A stretch of 64,000 nt of DNA. Source: Wickerhamiella versatilis (Eukaryota). Both the position numbers and the translations under genes were made by a program. Below are positions 60,900 through 64,000 of the stretch, in pieces. The stretch lies in NCBI GenBank assembly GCA_030867685.1, contig JAQOWU010000008.1, forward strand, positions 434,001-498,000, read 5' to 3'. Numbering within the stretch: position 1 is the stretch's first letter; each line of letters starts with the position of its first letter. The notes under the pieces were generated by a model. That model was not told where the DNA came from, ran no database searches, and saw only the letters and a program-made list of their open reading frames with translations.

Positions 60900-62090
60900 A
60901 TGGAATCTGAAGAAAGTATCGAGGCAAGAGATATTTCAGAAGTGGTTCCTGATGATGATCAGGAACTTATGAATATTTCTGATGACGATTCAATGGAACA
61001 AGAACATATAGAATTGGATATATCTAACAATTCCTCAACCTACTTTGACTTGCATCAGGACAGTGTTTACCTTATAGCGAGCCATCCCCGACTACCACTA
61101 GTTGTGAGTGGTGGTGGAGACAACAAGGGCTATGTGTGGGTTACCCACAAAGCTCCGCCAAAGCTGGCCTGTGAGCTAACCGGCCACACAGAAAGCATTG
61201 TGGCAGGTGGGTTCACAGCGGATGGAAACTTCTTGGTAACTGGCGATATGAATGGTCAGTTACGAGCGTGGCGATCTAGAGCCGGTGGAGAAAAATGGGA
61301 ATTTTTGGCAACCTCTCAAGAGGTCGATGAAATTGTTTGGATCAGGTTTCACCCTCGGCTACCGCTAGTTGCCGTGGGCGCCCAAGATGGTAGCGTCTGG
61401 GTGTACGATGCTGCTGCACAATTCACCAATGTGGCAGTATTAAACGCACATAGTCTCCCTACCACAGATGCGTCATTTGTGGGAGATGATGATAATAATC
61501 CGTTTCTTTTGACGTGTGCAGAGGATGCGTCTATAGTTTGCTGGAATGTTTATGAAGGCAGAGCACTTTACAGTTTAGGTCCACTGCAATTGCGAGGAGA
61601 GCATCCTTGGGTTAAATTAGCGCTTTCACCATCAGGGCGTACCTTCGCTGCAGGGGCTCAAGATGGAGCTTTGGTTATAGTCAAATGTGACAATGGGCAG
61701 CTCCTTGAAACGCTTGATACAACTGAAAGTGGTATACCTGAAGATTCTCGAAGCTTAGAGGGTATATCATGGTGCGACAAGGCGGCACTGTTGGCAGTGG
61801 GAAATGTCAACGGAGATGTCTGGCTATATGATGTTGCCTCTTGGCGCCCGCGCTCGCACTTCCACTTAGATGATGCAGTGACTGGACTCGAATTTGTTCC
61901 AGGTACTCGACAGTTAATCGTAAGTGGTATGGATGGAAGCCTAGGTATGTGGGACGCAATCTCGGCAGAGAGGATTTGGAACTGCCAAGGGCACAGCGGT
62001 GGTATTCTTGACTTTGCAATCCAAGAAAATGGAAATCGGATAATCACTGCTGGAGATGAAGGTGTTTGTCTCATCTTCAATCGCAACTAG
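60900..62090 (+). CDS. SQT1: WD40 chaperone of Rpl10/uL16, Sqt1
   Basis: Acidic N-terminus, ELDISNNSSTYFDLHQDSVY, WD repeats, terminal ITAGDEGVCLIF. Confidence 0.92.
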   Translation: MESEESIEARDISEVVPDDDQELMNISDDDSMEQEHIELDISNNSSTYFDLHQDSVYLIASHPRLPLVVSGGGDNKGYVWVTHKAPPKLACELTGHTESIVAGGFTADGNFLVTGDMNGQLRAWRSRAGGEKWEFLATSQEVDEIVWIRFHPRLPLVAVGAQDGSVWVYDAAAQFTNVAVLNAHSLPTTDASFVGDDDNNPFLLTCAEDASIVCWNVYEGRALYSLGPLQLRGEHPWVKLALSPSGRTFAAGAQDGALVIVKCDNGQLLETLDTTESGIPEDSRSLEGISWCDKAALLAVGNVNGDVWLYDVASWRPRSHFHLDDAVTGLEFVPGTRQLIVSGMDGSLGMWDAISAERIWNCQGHSGGILDFAIQENGNRIITAGDEGVCLIFNRN

Positions 62091-62172
62091 ACACAACGAT
62101 TTGAATTCCAGATGGGACAGCATGTAGTTTAAACCAAGTCACGGGCTATTTTATTATCATAATCATATGCTT

Positions 62173-62817
62173 CTACTTACTTCCCAGTCTAGCCTTCGCT
62201 AAAGCATTTACTTGCTTCTCGACTAGCTTCCCCAAAAGATCAACCTCAATGTTCACTGTATCCCCCTTCTTTTTCAAGGCCAAAGCTACATTTTCCTGTG
62301 TATGAGCAATCAGCATAACAGAGAACGTGTTGGCATCATCATCAACGGATGTAACAGTAAGTGATGTTCCATCTATGGCTATAAACCCTTTCTCAACAAT
62401 ATAAATCATGACATCAGGATTGGAGGGAGAAAAAGTAAAACGCAAGGAGTTTGCGTCTTGGTCCACAGACACTATTGTTGCAACTGTATCGATGTGGCCT
62501 TGAACGAAATGACCACCAAACCTTGTATGGCCAGCAATTGCTCTCTCCAAATTCACTTTTGACCCGACTTTAAGCTGTTGCATGTTCGTGCGCTGTAACG
62601 TTTCGGGAGCAACACCGATCTTGAAAGAGTCATCATCAAACTCTGTAACAGTAAGACATATGCCATTAACCGCGATACTGTCACCAATGTGGCAGTCAGT
62701 TAATATTGGGGCAGCATCTTTTACTATAATAGAAAACCCGTTGCCACCTGAAGAACTATCATCATATGTCTCAATGGAAGCTACAGTCCCAATTCTCTCT
62801 ACGATACCAGTGAACAT
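62173..62817 (-). CDS. RIB5: Riboflavin synthase
   Basis: MFTGIVE, GDSIAVNGICLTV, VNLERA, GGHFVQGHID, KGFIAIDGTSLTV. Confidence 0.97.
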   Translation of the reverse strand: MFTGIVERIGTVASIETYDDSSSGGNGFSIIVKDAAPILTDCHIGDSIAVNGICLTVTEFDDDSFKIGVAPETLQRTNMQQLKVGSKVNLERAIAGHTRFGGHFVQGHIDTVATIVSVDQDANSLRFTFSPSNPDVMIYIVEKGFIAIDGTSLTVTSVDDDANTFSVMLIAHTQENVALALKKKGDTVNIEVDLLGKLVEKQVNALAKARLGSK

Positions 62818-62917
62818 ATTGCTGAATGCTGTCAGGTAGGACGTAATGTAATGATAATCTTAAGTGACAAACCAGGGAGTGACCTAATCTTAGCCGATAT
62901 TTGTGTAATCAATCTGA

Positions 62918-64000
62918 ATGCCAGAGTTTCCGAAGCTTAAGAACGATTTGATTCTTAGAGCTGCCCGGGGAGAACAGGTCGAAAGACCACCCGTCTGGAT
63001 TATGCGTCAAGCTGGCCGTTATCTACCCGAGTATAAGGAATTCAAAGGTAACTCTGACTTTTTCGAGCTTTGCCGTACACCTGAAAAGGCGTCAACTATT
63101 ACCATTCAACCTATTGACCATTACCCTGGTCTTTTGGATGCTGCTATAATTTTCAGTGATATTCTGGTCATACCGCAAGCACTTGGAATGGTAGTGGAAA
63201 TGAAGGAAGGCACTGGTCCATACTTTCCGGAACCTTTACGAGACCCTCATCATGATCTATCCAGGCTAAACTTCCATCCAGATATTTCTTCAGAGCTTGA
63301 TTGGGCATTTAAGGCCATTACGCTTACACGCAGAAAGCTTGATGGTCGGGTCCCTCTCTTTGGATTTTGTGGGGCACCATGGACTCTTCTTGTGTATATG
63401 GTTGAAGGCGGTGGCTCAAAGCTGTATCGCTTCGTTCGTGAGTGGATCTATAAGTATCCTAGTGAGAGTCATAAGGTGCTACGCCTTGTTACGGACAGTT
63501 GCGTGGAGTTTTTGGCTTTGCAAGTGCAAGCAGGAGCACAAATTTTACAGGTATTTGACTCTTGGGCAGGAGAATTGGGTCCAGCTGAGTTCAGAGAGTT
63601 TTCCTTGCCTTACTTGCGAGAGATTTCTGAACGCTTGCCGCACAGGCTTAGAGAGTTGGGATTGGAGCCTGTACCCATGACTGTTTTTGCCAAAGGTGCA
63701 TGGTATGCACTTGAAGACCTTTGTAACACCACGAATTATAATGTAGTGTCACTTGACTGGTTGCACGATCCAGCAAAAACGTTCAACCAGGTTGCAAAAA
63801 GAAAGGTCCTCCAAGGCAACCTAGACCCCGGTGTTATCTACGGCTCTCACGATATAATAAGCCGAAAAACTGAAGAGATGATCAAAGGCTTCGGTGGTGG
63901 AAAACAAGGATATATAATAAACCTTGGACACGGCACTCAGCCATTCATGGATCCTGATGCGATAGGATGGTTTTTGAAGGAGTGCCATCGTATTGGGGGT
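62918..64000 (+). CDS. HEM12: Uroporphyrinogen decarboxylase (stop codon just beyond window; not in ORF track)
   Basis: Manual translation [39 protein letters not shown]...IIFSDILV...QGNLDP...YIINLGHG. Confidence 0.96.
   Translation, partial: MPEFPKLKNDLILRAARGEQVERPPVWIMRQAGRYLPEYKEFKGNSDFFELCRTPEKASTITIQPIDHYPGLLDAAIIFSDILVIPQALGMVVEMKEGTGPYFPEPLRDPHHDLSRLNFHPDISSELDWAFKAITLTRRKLDGRVPLFGFCGAPWTLLVYMVEGGGSKLYRFVREWIYKYPSESHKVLRLVTDSCVEFLALQVQAGAQILQVFDSWAGELGPAEFREFSLPYLREISERLPHRLRELGLEPVPMTVFAKGAWYALEDLCNTTNYNVVSLDWLHDPAKTFNQVAKRKVLQGNLDPGVIYGSHDIISRKTEEMIKGFGGGKQGYIINLGHGTQPFMDPDAIGWFLKECHRIGG

Noticed and set aside
63297-63680. 127-aa ORF in the track
   Set aside because: Out-of-frame shadow within HEM12.
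1-64000. Transposons, LTRs, CRISPR arrays, rRNA genes, secondary-metabolite cluster
   Set aside because: No transposase, RT or integrase motifs, long repeats, rRNA-length matches or PKS/NRPS genes seen. The short rRNA-complementary words at 47.0-47.5 kb are snoRNA guides.

Overview
Eukaryotic, gene-dense, intron-poor budding-yeast (Saccharomycotina) chromosome segment. The compaction and gene content suggest a non-Saccharomycetaceae lineage, possibly Trichomonascaceae/Wickerhamiella-Starmerella-like (inference only). It holds about 45 protein-coding genes, mostly housekeeping: PEX5 (partial), MIC26, DNF1/2 flippase, HUL4, SOL1, PDK, PEX1, ERS1, SRB8, CNS1, a homocysteine methyltransferase, a phosphate permease with clustered Pho4-type sites, VPS39, PRI1, MPE1, AMN1, SNT1, an ADAM protease, SQT1, RIB5 and HEM12 (partial). 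There is also one tRNA-Leu(CAG). The ORF track misses several features found by reading the DNA. The main one is a minus-strand non-coding host at ~47.0-47.6 kb carrying five box C/D snoRNAs (snR78, 77, 76, 74, 73 homologs): four are intronic, separated by micro-exons as small as 1 nt, and one appears exonic behind a putative Rnt1 hairpin where snR75 would be expected. A bacterial-looking ABM monooxygenase gene ends 103 nt upstream of this host, and a divergent intronless RPL39 lies just beyond it. Other points of note are candidate 28-29 nt introns, a Vcx1-like exchanger lacking its Ca2+-binding glutamates, and two protein-level tandem repeats. All homology calls come from motif recognition by eye; no searches were run.
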